This document shows, one piece after another, positions 1-14,970 of a stretch of 64,000 nucleotides of DNA. Where the stretch lies: assembly GCA_012295275.1 (NCBI GenBank), contig CM022673.1:7378001-7442000 (forward strand), read 5' to 3'. This DNA comes from Chrysomallon squamiferum. Lineage: Eukaryota > Animalia > Mollusca. The translations under genes and the position numbers were made by a program. The notes beneath the pieces were generated by a model, which was not told the origin of the DNA, ran no database searches, and worked only from the letters and a program-made list of their open reading frames with translations. Each line of letters begins with the position of its first letter. Position 1 is the stretch's first letter.

Positions 1-51
1 TGAAAATTAATCTATTTTATTTCAACTTACTATTATTATTTGTCAATTTGA

Positions 52-104
<53 letters not shown>

Positions 105-361
105 GTAATTGGAGAAGAAGAATTATATTTATTATTTGATTTATTTATTTATTGGCTGATAAGTCTGTTATGTGTTTTATTGTTTATATTTAATAAAATT
201 AATATTCATATTTCTTTTTTCTGTAAAATATATTATTAATATCATTATAATGCTGCATTTACATTTGCTTTTATTTTGTTACTTTGTTTTGGTCTTTGAC
301 GAGAATTTTATTTTCATTTGTTCATTTGTTTGGTTATTTACAATTGCATCATTCACCAAGT

Positions 362-410
<49 letters not shown>

Positions 411-1676
411 AAAGATTAAAAAGGAAAAGAAAACTTTTAACTTACAAAAAACAAAAAAACAACAACAACAACAACAACAAAAGAAGAAATAAAAACGAAA
501 ATGAAAAACCTCTTCACCCTGACAATAACACTGAAGATTATTAAGTTCTGAGGGCAAATGCCTTCATTGTAATTGTAGACAAGCCCCGCAGTCTTGGAAA
601 TGAACGATATCGATGGAAAGACGGCAATATAAATTCCTCAAAGGGAAAAGGAATCGGAAATCTCGCCTAATTGAATGTCGTTACAGAAACATCAGCCTTT
701 CATTAAATACATCACATGGTTTTGACACAAATTGTTTTTCACAGCTGTTTCGGTCTCGTTGTAACGAATTAGCATTTTCCCTTCAATATCCCAAGCGCGC
801 TGTCTTGTAAAAAGAAAGCAAATTGCAAACCGCCCAAACAATTAGTTCTCGGAAATGGGCATCAAATGCGGAATAAAGTTGATCTTTCGAGTTAGTTAAC
901 CATGATGAAATCTCAATTTCGACGCGAGGATCCAATTTTGGTTTATGCTGTCAATAAAGAGGCTTTTATTAAATTAGAAGCGAGTCAATAACGTGAAGAT
1001 GTGTCTTTTGGTTCATTTCACGATAGGACTGTCCTGTTTTGATTCCGGCACGCGTTTTTTTTTTTTTTTCGAGTTCTATAGGTCGCTTGACCTGCCGCAC
1101 GTGCAGCGAGTTTGTTTTTGTTAGCTCCATTTTGATTGGCTGCTGTAATTAACCAAATATTTCTTTAATAGTCTCCTATTTAGGCAGGGAAAAAAAAAAA
1201 AAAAAATGTGAGAATGAAATTAGTTGGATTAATTAACGATACACAGTGCAATCCATAATTTTTTTTTTCGAAATTGTTTTTCTTATGTTCATCCAAAATA
1301 AAATTAATTTTATTTGCAGTGACTTGAAGATTTTTCATACCGTGGATGTAAGTATTGAAGAGAATTGTTTATGGCAAGAACAATTAATATGGAGGCATTT
1401 GGTAACATGACTGTAAGATCGTGACCACGTATATATACAGTGAAAATTATCCCGCACTATTGTGTAAAATATTTTCACAAAAAATAAACGTTTTTGAAAG
1501 CAGTTTACACATTTTTTTTTTTTTCCATTAATAAAAAGTTTTTCAAATATTTCTGCGATGTAACAGATTCGGTAAAGGTTTGCAGGAAATAAATTTTAAT
1601 ATTTGTCTTCTCGTATGAAGAAAACGATTTATTAATCGTAATATATGTATATGTTTCTGTTTATATGTGATAGTGC

Positions 1677-1714
<38 letters not shown>

Positions 1715-2453
1715 GAAACGGCACTGTACAATAACATTATGCTGTGTCGCTGTAGTCTAGAAATATGTATATCAATAAACACTACCATAAAAGTTCCCAT
1801 ACAACCAAAGACAGCTATGAAATTGATTTTAAATTATTAAATGAACTCGTTGCCCGTACAGATATGGTTATCTTTCTTTTTACTATTTTTTAATTAATTT
1901 ATTTTTTTCTTATTATTATTATTATTTGTTTTCTTATTATTTTTTCTTGCCATTTTTTTTTTTTTTTTAACCCTTATACCAACTTAGCTATTACACCCTT
2001 TGATGTAAAAATAAAAAAAAGAGAAAGCGATTTTGGATCATAAAAGTGAAATTCGTTACATTTTGATAGCTCTTAATAATTCTTTAATCCTTCTTTTATG
2101 CACGTTTTTCTTTTACATTTAATCTTTGATATGGATGTCTTCTCTCTTTCTCTCTTCAATTCTTTATGAAGATTTATTATACCCATGGACTCTCAGGTAC
2201 TTTTCTGTATATAAATCACATATTATAATAAAAATATTACGTTATATAATGGAAGAAACATTATTTAAAGGCCTGTATTTCACAGTGAGCCGATAAAATG
2301 GATAAAGTGGTAGGTGGAATATGAGAAGCTTTTGTATCAGGGATGTATTACTTAATTACACCGGCTGCGTATTTAACTGTAATTAGAAAGAATTATTATA
2401 GTTTACTGTTAAACTTTGCTGGTTTAGTTTATTTTATTTTATTTTATTTTATT

Positions 2454-2492
<39 letters not shown>

Positions 2493-2748
2493 TTTGTTTG
2501 TTTGTTTGTTTGTTTGTTTATTGTTTGTTTGTTTGTTTTGTTTTGTTTTGTTTGTTTTTATTTTTGTTTTTGTTGTCATAATTATTGCTGCTGCTGCTGT
2601 TGCTGTTGTTTACGCAGTAATTTAGTCGTTCTATCATGAAAACCAACGTCTGAATGTTATATTGTTTGGTTAATTACTGTGTCTGTTAGTTAAATAGAAT
2701 GAATTAGTTAATTTAATTTTAATAAAAAAAATCCTTTGTTGTTGTTGT

Positions 2749-2880
<132 letters not shown>

Positions 2881-3555
2881 GTGCTTCTGCACCAAAACTG
2901 TACAAAAAGGCGAATAAGATTAAATTTTTTATCTCCGGGCTTTAACCCTGACACCAATAAAAAAAAAAGAAGCAACAAAAAAAAAAAAAAAAAACCGCAC
3001 AGAATTATCAGCGTCTCTCAGAAGAATAAACTGGTGCCCTCCCTTATCAAATCTCTTAACATCCTTTGGATTTGATGCACACAAGCGGAACACCCTTTTA
3101 CTTCATTGCTTGAGTTTCTGCATTCATGAAGTAACAAAATGATTTTGCGGTTTACCACTGTATTTATCAGTGTATTTACAAAGCCCATTCTATTGCCGTT
3201 TGTACACCTTGACGATAAGTGATGAAGAGTTGACCTTTGAGCCGCGACCTTTTCAGATAAAACGTGAACCGGGTGGTTTTCTGTCTGTCAGTTAGTAAAG
3301 CAACCGTTGATGCCTATTTCAGGAGATACTATTTTTTTTTTTTTTATTGTTATTATTATAATGCAGACAAAAATAAATGTTTGACCTACTAGCGGCAGGT
3401 CGGAAAAAAATGTATGGATTATTTCTCGAGTCTGTATCTTAATGCTGTCTGTTGTATTTTAATATGTTACATTTTTATGTATGTTTTCAACAGAACTGCC
3501 ACTTTTGGGTAAATTAAAAATATATATATATATATATACGAAAGGTAAATATATA

Positions 3556-3629
<74 letters not shown>

Positions 3630-4915
3630 TTTTCTTAATCTATTTTTTTCTTCTCTGTTCTTTGTCTTTGTTTCCTCACATTTCTATTTACTCTCTTTTT
3701 TAATACATTATTTTTTACATTATCTTTTTCTTTTTCTCTGCCCATATTCATTTCTTCTAGTGCTTAACGTTTATTCTTAAATTATTTTCTAAGCTTTTAT
3801 TTTTAATTTTTTTTAATTTATTTATTTATTTTTTAATTATTGTTTTTTTTTTTTTGGGTTTTTTTTTTGTTGTTTTTGTAGCTGTATTTTGGTGGTAATT
3901 TTTTTTTTTTTTTTTTTTTTTACTTTTCTCTTTATTTTTATTTTTACTTTTACTGATGGATTGTTATGACTGTTGTTATTGTCGTTATATTTGTTTGATG
4001 ATTCATGAAATATTTTCTTGTTAATATTGTTGTTGTTGTTTTTTTTGTTTTTTTTCGGGGAAGAGATGTTTGTGTAGGTCCTTACACCACGAAATAAACA
4101 ATATCTAAATTTTTCGTATTGTTTTTATTATTATTTTTTTTTTTTTTTTTTTATTATTATTCTCTTAATTATCAGAACACTTGTAAATTCAGCCAAAGAC
4201 AATTATTACCTAACGTTTCAAGTATTGTACCCCTTCAAATATCTCTCTTTCCGCACAGATACATACATTCTGTGTGTTTCTGTCTTCAAACACAATTATA
4301 CTGTGGAAAAACCAAATATCGGACATAAAGGACCACGGCTCGCACACTGCGCAGGCGCAGGAAGCAGACGCGTTGCGTCACGCTCTTATGAACTGGAGAT
4401 AGCAAACAAATGCGCAACAATAACCCGGGTTGCCTTGCAACGCGGCCCTATGATTAACAGGTACATGACTCCTTCTTTGACCTTTGCCGATCGGCTGGGG
4501 TTAGATATGTTTGAGGCTTTTCTTAAATGTTATTTTCTTTTCTTTTCTTTTCTTTCTTTCTTTCTGTTTTCCCTGTGTAGAGCTAAGGAGCGAGCACCTG
4601 CTTCAAAAGTTGTCCGACGAAGTGATTAGCATAGTTTTTGACGAAAGATAAAAACGACTGTCGATTTTTGTCGATGTGATCCCTTTTCGGTTCATTTTTA
4701 TATATATATATATATATCTCTCTCTCTGTCTCGCTGTCACTGCGTTTACCTCTATTTTTTTTTTTTCGTGTACCGTCTCACAATCTCTTTGTATCTCATA
4801 ATATCTCTCTCTCTGTCTCTCTTTTTCTCGCTGTCTCTGTCTCTCTTTTTGTCTGTGTGTTTCTGTCTGTCTGGCTGGCTCTCTTTCTCTTTCTCCCTAT
4901 GTCTGTCTGTCTCTC

Positions 4916-4987
<72 letters not shown>

Positions 4988-5369
4988 TCTCTCTATCTCT
5001 CTCTCTGTCTCTGTTGTTGTCTGTTCACTGAATATCTGTGTGTCTTTGAGAACAAAAACTCCGTTCACACCATGTCTTTGTTAAAAAGAAAAACACATTA
5101 AGAACGAATAATTGCCTTCTTTATAAAAAAAAAAATATTCTTAATGCTTCACCGACATCAAATCTTAATTTACGAATGCACGTGTTTTCCAAGCAGCAAG
5201 AGCATATAAACGATCTACTTACAGGAAGGAGCGGTCTCTTAAATGCTCACGGCGAGTTTCTTCTCTGTTGTCGAAGAATCAAACTGGTCTCAATAATAAT
5301 AATAATAATAATAATAATAACGACACATTTGTCACTGATCATATAACTAACAAATTAAAGCATTATATA

Positions 5370-5398
5370 TTTATATACACACACACACACACACACAC

Positions 5399-5456
<58 letters not shown>

Positions 5457-5530
5457 ACATATGTATATGTGTATGTATGTATGTATGTATGTATGTATGT
5501 ATACCTGTGTGTGTGTGTGTTTGTTTGTTT
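5370..5530. repeat. Compound microsatellite (CA)n-(GATA)n-(TATG)n-(TG)n
   Basis: Directly visible. Confidence 0.95.
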
Positions 5531-6107
5531 GTTCGGTATATTTATTTAGTTAATATTTTACAGAATTTTTTATTTCAAACAGTGAGAGAAACAGTTTTAA
5601 AATACAATTAAAAAAAATAATAATAATAATAAAAAAATACTTGTGGACATGCACAGTTTCAGTACATAATCGTTTTATTTATGTACATGCGTGTTTCTGT
5701 TAAAGTAGATTTATAGGCGAATATGTTTATGAGTATGTCTGCATTAAATAAAAAAAATATAAATTTTCTTGAGAAATTCTGAATTAATCGCTAACGTAAA
5801 TCATCTTGAAATCGTTTCATGTTTCCATGAAAAGAGTAAACAAAACAGTAACCGTGAATGAGTAATCAATAATCCTTTCAACATTTCAAAGCAAAATACC
5901 CTTTTTACTATGACACTTTGACTACTATGTAACAAACAGTTTAATACTGATATATTTTCAGAAGCAAGAAACTGGGATATCGTAGTGCATTTCCGTATGG
6001 TGGGAGTTCTTCTCATTTTTGCATGTTTTAAATTTTGTTGTTATCATGATGTAGTTTAGCTGTTTTTACTAATTAACTCTCTCTCTCACTTTCTCTCTCT
6101 CTCTTTT

Positions 6108-6203
<96 letters not shown>

Positions 6204-6445
6204 ACCTTCTCCCTCTCCCCCTCTCTTTCTCTCGCTCTATCTCTCGTTTTCAATCTCTCTTTCACTATCTCTCCCTCTCGATATTATACATACACGTATG
6301 CACACATACATACAAACGCATCAACATACATACCTCATAATTCCTCTTTATTTATATATAAAGAATCTGCTGTTTTTGTTATATTTTTTAATAAGACATT
6401 TTTCACTATATTTTTTCTTTTTCTTTTTTCCATTGATTTGGTAAG

Positions 6446-6481
<36 letters not shown>

Positions 6482-6846
6482 CTGTCTTATTTATTATTAT
6501 ATGTCTAATCTTAAAGAAGTGCTAATATTTTGTTTTCTTATTTTTCTTATACAATATGTTTTCTCTCATTTTATTTATTTATTAATTTATTTATTTGTTT
6601 ATTTATTTATTCATTTATTTACTACTTCAACACATAAGATTTGTAAACAGGTATAATTATTTTTCGTTATTCTCGCTGATTTTATCTATGATTTGTAAGG
6701 GTATTTAATTAAATACAAAAAAATACAGCATTCACATAAATATCCATACGTAAATACGTGTACTTGAAATGAAAAATATACATGCACAGACACATGAAAC
6801 ATGTACGCACATAACTATGTACATTCGTGGAATACATACATACATA

Positions 6847-6915
<69 letters not shown>

Positions 6916-7849
6916 AACATAAACATAAACAAACATACATAGGTACATGTACCTACAAAAACAGATATATAGACATACATACAGGAACATAATCAAAAAT
7001 AGATAAAATGAAAAAAAAAAAAAAAAAAAAAAAGAAAACAATACAAACTAAAACAAAATAACATAAAAAAAACCCCACCAAAATTAAAACAAAATGATAT
7101 GAAATAAAATCAAAGTGAAGCCAAAATAAATTAAAAAAAACTCCAAATCGTCCAGGATTATCCGAGGAACTCGTAAAGGAAAAACGAACGAGTTTTTAAT
7201 CTGAAACAGAAACAGTGAAGTATAAAATGACTTACCACGGAACGTCGGGTAATACAAGGGTGTATTTACGTTATTTTCACACTGTCAGATTCGACAGCTG
7301 TTTAATGAAGATGTAACCTGAGTTACCTGCGTGTAGTTACAGTAAAACACTGACCATGTGCAGAAGGAGAAAGAAAAACCCAGTTTTTTTTTTTTTTTTT
7401 TATCAGGTGTAAAAATAAATGTAGGTCGACTACACACAATCGCCGTTTATTTACTACTTTTGTTATATAACATAAAACATTCGACCCTGATATAATATAG
7501 CACCTGGCTTGGCCTCTCTCACCTGTCTGAAACGGACATTTTCTTTGGATGACAGCAAAGGTGAATAAAAAAGGGGGCTTATTTTTTTTTTTTTTTTCTT
7601 TCTGAAACGTACTTTGGTATGTCAGGTATGTATGTAATATATAAATAAATATAGGAATGCATATTTAGGTCGATGTTATGGTAATGAAATACATTATGAC
7701 CTATTTTTATCTTTCAAATGGCCTATCTTTCAAGATTGAATGCGACAGTTTGCAAAGCATGACAAGAATATAATGTAGATGAGGATGGGCTTTTAACCTG
7801 CATCAAATAACTCAGTAACTATGTTACCAGCGGATTTATTCTTCTTTTT

Positions 7850-7894
<45 letters not shown>

Positions 7895-10056
7895 ATTTTT
7901 GTCTCTATCTCGTTGTTTTCAAGATCACTCTTTGAAAATAAGATTACACAAGTAGTATCTGCTACTCTCAATGGGGCATTCTGTATGCACAATAGTGTCG
8001 TTGAACTTTCTCTTTACAAAAGAACCAAAAAATGGCTTCAGGGATATTATTATTATTTTGAAAATATGTTACATATTTCAAACTGCATGTCGTAACTTTT
8101 CTTTTTTTTTTTTTTTTTTTTTTTTTTACTAACAGTTAAAACATAATTTATTATTATTCTGAATTAAAATGTTGTATATTTTTCCCTCTTTTTAAAAATA
8201 TATTAAAACAAATTTAAAAGTCTGGATTGTTAATTATGGCGTAAGTTAAAATTAGTTGTTTTAATTTGATTTCGATTTTTAAACTAACTGGATGAAATTA
8301 TAGGTAGTTTTTATAAGTTATCATATTTCAGCGATTATTTTAATTGTTTAATTAATTATTGAAAATTAAATAAAATTCGGTTTAATAAAATTTTATTTCA
8401 AAACAAATTATAAAAAAAACGAGAGAGAAAACTTTTATAACAAAAAAAAAAAAATATTGTACGCATTTGATTAGTCCCGTTTCTCAAAGAGCAGAATTAT
8501 AACAAAAATCTTTATGTATGTCTTAAAAATCTTTTTCTTATCATATTTAAAAAAATATATACAATAAAATAAAACAACTAAATTAATCACTAAGCATGAG
8601 ATGATCTAACTAACGGTATCGAATGCCACCCACTCTAGGAGATAAAACACGAGCTGGCGCGTGCAAAAAAAAAAAAAAAAAATTGCAGTGAAAAAAAAAA
8701 AAAAAAGGTAAACAATACAAAGAAACTGTATTGTGTGTAAGCTGATATCTCTTTCTTTTCTATATTCTCCATTAAACACATCTCCCCATTCTCGAAATTA
8801 ACTTCTTTTTTTTTTCTCTCTCTCTCTCTCTCTCTCTCTCAATAATTTAGAAGTAAATCGCTCCTCCAAAGCGCACCCTCGCGGAGTTGTCACAAAGCGA
8901 GCCCGGACAGCAAGCGCAAGCCGCTGTACAATGGCAGTTTAAACCTTATTATGTTGCCTGACTATATGCATTCACTGGAGTGAGGCTGCGCACGACTTGT
9001 GGCGGCAAAAACGAAACTTTTGGCCAAGGCGAAAACGCGGGTAATTTGATTTGCGCTGCAGAAAAAATGGACGCACACATCGCTCTCTTTGACTGTCCGT
9101 GTCGTTATCGAACCGACACGACGTCGTAGGCGTCTTACAATGCTGCAACGAAGGTTTTGTGACGAGCAGGTTTAAGGTATTTTATTTTATAGCACTGGGA
9201 ACTCAATTCTGTTGTTTGGTTTTTTTTCTTCTAATTTTGCCGGCTTATAAGTAGCGTCGCTGCAAAACAACACCAGAAACATTTTATAGTTTTGAAATGA
9301 TGCTGCATAAACATTTGTGGTCTTGTGAGTTTTGATAATCTTTTGTTTGTTTTTTTCCAGGTAATGGTTCCTCATTTGCTGACGGGGACCCCGACGCCTG
9401 CTTCCTGTAATCCATGTTTCCAGTTCGTCTGCAGACATTTGTTGTTGTTGTTGCTTCTAATTTTTTTTTTTTTTTTTTCGGCGAGCGCGCCTGGACCGAT
9501 TACAATCGTTTATTAGATTAAACCTGGATAACGTAGTCGCCATTCTAATTTCCTTTATGCAACCATAGCAGCTGCATTTATCACTCGTTTCTCAATAGCC
9601 GGGCTTTCTCGACTTGAAGCAAAAAAATAAAGTTAAACTTTTCCACCGTCGGCCCAATATAACGGTGCTCTGCAGCTGCCAGTAATAAAAAGAACTGTTC
9701 AAAATAGATAAATAATCACTGTTGGAGCTTATTATCAATTAAGAACAGAAGGACCCGAAATAATACCGCCACAAGGCCTCTCCAGACAATGTGCATGTTG
9801 GAAGGTGTGCGTTGTTTTCTCGCCCAGTTGCGGAGTTTTGAGCCCAACTATAGCGCATTAAAGGGACTTTAATTACAGTTCTTAGTTGAGATTGTGATGC
9901 TAAATAAGTTTTCTTTGTTCGACATTTCTGATGAATTTGAAACGACGTAATCACAAGATTTTAAACGAACTTCTGCTACTAAAATAAAGAGGCAGGTGGC
10001 AGCAAAAGGGAAAGCATTTCAATTGCCAACGAACGAGAAACAAATCACATGGTTGG

Positions 10057-10092
<36 letters not shown>

Positions 10093-11300
10093 CAAATGTC
10101 AAAAAGTTCTGAAAACTACACACACACATGTCGCCCATTTAGTTGCATAACGTGCTGGCGAATGAAAAGACATGAATTTTTGAAAAGTATTTTCTTTGTG
10201 ATTTTACAAAATATGACCATATGCACAAACTGACACATAATATTTTTTTTTTTTTCGAATCATATTTTTTTTTATTTTACGTTAGAAGGGCTGAAATGTT
10301 AATGTTCTTTCGCAACAAAGACTTTCGATGGCTTGCCTGCTCCAAAAGAACCTCTGCAATCACGAACTTATCAGATGAAATTTACGTGCACACGCATCTC
10401 TCTCGCGCGCCTGTCGCGTGCCAAATTAAACATAGCAATTTGGTCTTTTTCAAATGATCTAATATCGCTTCAATGTTGTTGAGAAAAGGACTCATACAAA
10501 TCAACTCAGCATGGAGAAAAAAAAAAAAAATTTACAGCCTGCATTTTGATGTAAATATAAACTATTTTTTTTTTAGACTCGACAACAAAGTGATTTGGAA
10601 ATGAAAAGCCGTGAAGGTTGAGCCTGGAAAGCTGAAACTGGCTAGACGTCAACCAGAGGTTACGATCAGAAGTCCAGCCACACGGATCTGTAAACTATCT
10701 TTGACTGCGAGGTCTACCTATCAAATCAGGCATGTTTCGAATCTCCAAGACACAAGCCAGGTTACTGCAGCTGCCGGGTTTTGTCTGGATCGTTAAACTT
10801 TGCTTTTCAAATGCATGTATATAATCTCGAAATCTTTTGCCTTGTTCCATCACAGAAGAACATTGGCCGTTGATTTAAATTTCTGAAAATCGGGAAAAAG
10901 ATACTTCACTGGTCAAAGTAGTGTTGTTGTTGTTGTTGGGGATTTTTGTTGGGGTTTTTTTTTGTGTTTTTTTTTAAAGTTTTCATAATATGCAAAACAG
11001 CTTGTTTATAATATTAGCACTTATTTTTTTTTTTTTTTCTTCTACTTCTGAAATGAGATTTTTTCTATTCTTCTTCTAAAATCAGATATTTTTCGAACAT
11101 GAGACGACATTACTAATTCCAAGCGTGGAGCAAAAATTAACTCACGTTAGCACATTTTCCAAACAATTATAATTTTTCAGAAATTCAGCAGCTTGTAATT
11201 AAATTTTTCAAAGAAGCTGATTTTCATCGTGGTGTGTAAATGTTGCATTAATTAACCTTGAAATTATACTATATAATGATGTTCTTTCCCTGTCCTTTAT

Positions 11301-11379
<79 letters not shown>

Positions 11380-11694
11380 ATACTCTGTCTCCCATTTTCA
11401 AGCTCTTTCACTATCTCCATCTATACACACGCGCGCGCGCGCATCTCCACGCATACCTCTTTCTCACTCTATATTTATATATTTAAAATGTATGTAGATA
11501 TTTAACTTTTAGATTTCAGACCACAGTAATCTGTGTACTTGTCAGTTCTGCAGCTCTATCATTTTTACAACCTGTTGCATTCAGAACTTGTTTCTGTTAC
11601 GCAGTTAGAACATTCCAAATTACCATCTCACTGACTGAACACAAGAAACGTATGGAGACAAAATATACTTAAAATAACTATAAACGTACATATT

Positions 11695-12205
11695 AAACAT
11701 AGATATCAAAGTTAAATAACAAACATAGATATCAAAGTTAAATAACAAACACAGATATCAAAGTTTAATAACAAACATAAATACCAAAGTTTAATAACAA
11801 ACACAGATATCAAAGTTTAATAACAAACATAAATACCAAAGTTAAATAACAAACACAGATATCAAAGTTTAATAACAAACATAAATACCAAAGTTTAATA
11901 ACAAACACAGATATCAAAGTTTAATAACAAACATAAATACCAAAGTTAAATAACAAACACAGATATCAAAGTTAAATAACAAACATAGATATCAAAGTTA
12001 AATAACAAACATAGATATCAAAGTTAAATAACAAACACAGATATCAAAGTTAAATAACAAACACAGATATCAAAGTTAAATAACAAACACAGATATCAAA
12101 GTTAAATAACAAACACAGATATCAAAGTTTAATAACAAACACAGATATCAAAGTTAAATAACAAACACAGATATCAAAGTTAAATAACAAACATAGATAT
12201 CAAAG
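11695..12205. repeat. 26-bp minisatellite, ~20 copies (AAACAYAGATATCAAAGTTWAATAAC)
   Basis: Directly visible tandem units with few variants. Units 3-6 and 7-10 form an exact 104-bp higher-order duplication. Confidence 0.97.
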
Positions 12206-12720
12206 ATAGCATCAGTTTAGGAACAAATAGGAATAGAAAGAAATTTAAAATGTACGTCAGACGTGAAGTGCAGATTTAACTTACTTTCTGATTTTCTTTA
12301 TACTGAAAGGTTTCTTCGCTTTTCATTTTGTACTGCATAAAGTTAAGCTGATGTATGTATGTATGTGTTATGCATGCATTCATGTATGTTTGTATGTACG
12401 TGTGTTTACATGTATGGGTGTGTGTATGTATGTATATTTGTATATATATATGTTTGTATGTATATGTACATTTATATATTGGTAGGTATAGGGTAAGTAG
12501 GTAGGTAGCTAGGTAGTGAGGTGGGCAGTGAGATATATGTATATGTATGTGTTTATATGTCTGTAGATGTGAGTGTGTGAATATAAATGTTATTGTATGT
12601 GTGTGTGTATTTGTGTGTACGTGGGTGTATGTGTGTTTGTGCGGGCATGAAAACTTTAACTCTACAGGGAAACATTTCTTTAGTATTCTCTTCTCTTTTT
12701 TTAATTTCTATTAATATTTT

Positions 12721-12841
<121 letters not shown>

Positions 12842-13751
12842 TTTAAAAATTATTTTTCTTTAATCAAGTTTCGCTTTCTGACAGATTTACTTACATGAAG
12901 GAAAAACGCGTGAAGTTTACACACGAATAAAAAAACACTGGTGTGAAACCTGGGCTCCCTGATTAACTCGTGTAACGTATATAGAGCAGTAACATTGTAA
13001 TCATATCTGAGGTATGACACATACGCTACCGTCGTTGTTAATGCTAACTGCGACGTGTAAACTGAATAATGTATTGTCGACACGTCGTATATATATGTAT
13101 CTTTATGGGTGTGAAAGAACTATTATGTTAAGATATACATGTTTGTATGTGTGTGTGTGTGTGTGTGTCTGTATGTGTGTATTTGTGTTTATATGTATGT
13201 ATATATATATATATATATATATAGCGAGAGAGAGAGACTGACAGACAGATATATAGACAGACAGACAGATAGATAGACAGGCAGACGGAGAGAAGATTGT
13301 CAGGCAGACATAGATAGATAGACAGAGACACATCGATACAGAGAGAGAGAGACAGTTAGACAGATGGATAGACAGATAGACAGATAGACAACTAATGTTT
13401 ATATATATATAAACAAAGCCATTATGTAAGGCTTAATACGCATCATAAGTAGCTACATACGAGTAACCAACTTAAACATCTCACACACAAATTATTTGCG
13501 TTTGTAAATTTTTTTTATCTAAATTGGTTAAATAAAAAAATATTGTAATAAAATAAACCCTATTATTAACCCTAAAATTATCACGAATGAAATCCTACTT
13601 AATGTTAGATACATGTATAAGTTAATAGGGTCTTGATGCCTACCTTTTTTTTCTTCTTTTGTTTCAAATCTGTATCCGAATTTATTTAATAGCATAGCTA
13701 GTGCGCAGTTTCAAAAATAATTCTTAAATCCATAAAATGATTCATGAACAA

Positions 13752-13823
13752 GGGCTTGTCCGGGATTCGAACCCGGGACCTCTCGCACCCTAAGCGAGAA
13801 TCATACCCCTAGACCAACAAGCC
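13752..13823 (-). tRNA. trnP-AGG: tRNA-Pro (AGG), intact
   Basis: The reverse complement reads GGCTTGTTGGTCTAGGGGTATGATTCTCGCTTAGGGTGCGAGAGGTCCCGGGTTCGAATCCCGGACAAGCCC (72 nt). Acceptor, anticodon and T stems pair fully, A and B boxes are intact, and a T4 Pol III terminator lies ~14 nt downstream (AAAA at 13734-13737 on +). Confidence 0.97.
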
Positions 13824-14909
13824 GATGCAAACTCCGTACTAATAAAACAAACTGTGTAAAATTCGATTTTATTTATTTAATATATATCTGCATGTAATAT
13901 GCATTAGTATTTAGATAGGTGGTAGGTAGGTTGATATGCAAACATATATATATATACGTTTGCCTATCAGCCTACTGACTACCTGCATGCTAAGGCATAT
14001 TTGGAGATAAAATTTACAAACTTAAATAATTTGTGTGTGAGATCATATGAGATTCTATTGTATGGTATGTTTAAGTTAGCTACTTCTGATGCATTTTAAA
14101 CCATACCTATGTTAATATACGTGTTTAATGGCTTTGTCTGATGCTAGTGTCGTATGTTTATCTATATATGATATGCAACAGACTGCAGTTTTGTGCTGAT
14201 GTCTTTTATGCGTTTATTCTTTCATTATTACATACGTTAATTTGTTATTCATGTATTGTTTTATTCATGCATACATACATACATTTATTTATCTTAACAT
14301 TCTTTATTTATACATACTTCAGTGTATTAATCCATTCATACATTTATCCATTCACCCTCCGCCTATACCTATACATACACACTTTCATATATACACGCAG
14401 TCAAAAACACTGTGTATAACGGCCAAACAGGGATTTCACATAAGTGCCCGTTATAGACAGGTGACAACTATTAGCAGGCCCATGACTTAATAAGAAATTT
14501 TAACCTATATTACAAATGTCAAAGAGAAGTACAAATATCTTTATAAGAAATAACTTTTTTATTTTGTAACAGAATTTCGATTTTAATATTTAAAGACAAT
14601 ACAGAAAAGGCTTTTGTGCACTATTTTAAAAAGAGTTGGATTGTTTTCCATGTCGTTCCATAAATATAATAAAGACAACTGTTTTTTCTGGGTCCATTAC
14701 AAGTATTAAGAAGCATGCTTCTTCTACGAGAGAGAATAACAATTTAGCACATTGTTCTACCTCTGTTTTTGAATGCGTGTAATTTCTGAGATAATCTGCA
14801 TCAACATCTTTTTCTTTCTTTCTTTTTATTTTATTTTATTTTATTTTAACTTCAAGGAGAAATAAAAAATATAGATAAAGATTTATTAAATATATAATCG
14901 CTTCCAAGA

Positions 14910-14970
<61 letters not shown>

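Noticed and set aside
4225-4629. 134-aa ORF
   Set aside because: It has a non-ATG start, includes a T-rich low-complexity stretch and shows no recognisable homology.
11695-12205. CRISPR-like interpretation of the short-unit arrays (also 22790-24600 and 57122-57320)
   Set aside because: The units are contiguous or degenerate with no unique spacers, there are no cas genes, and the context is eukaryotic.
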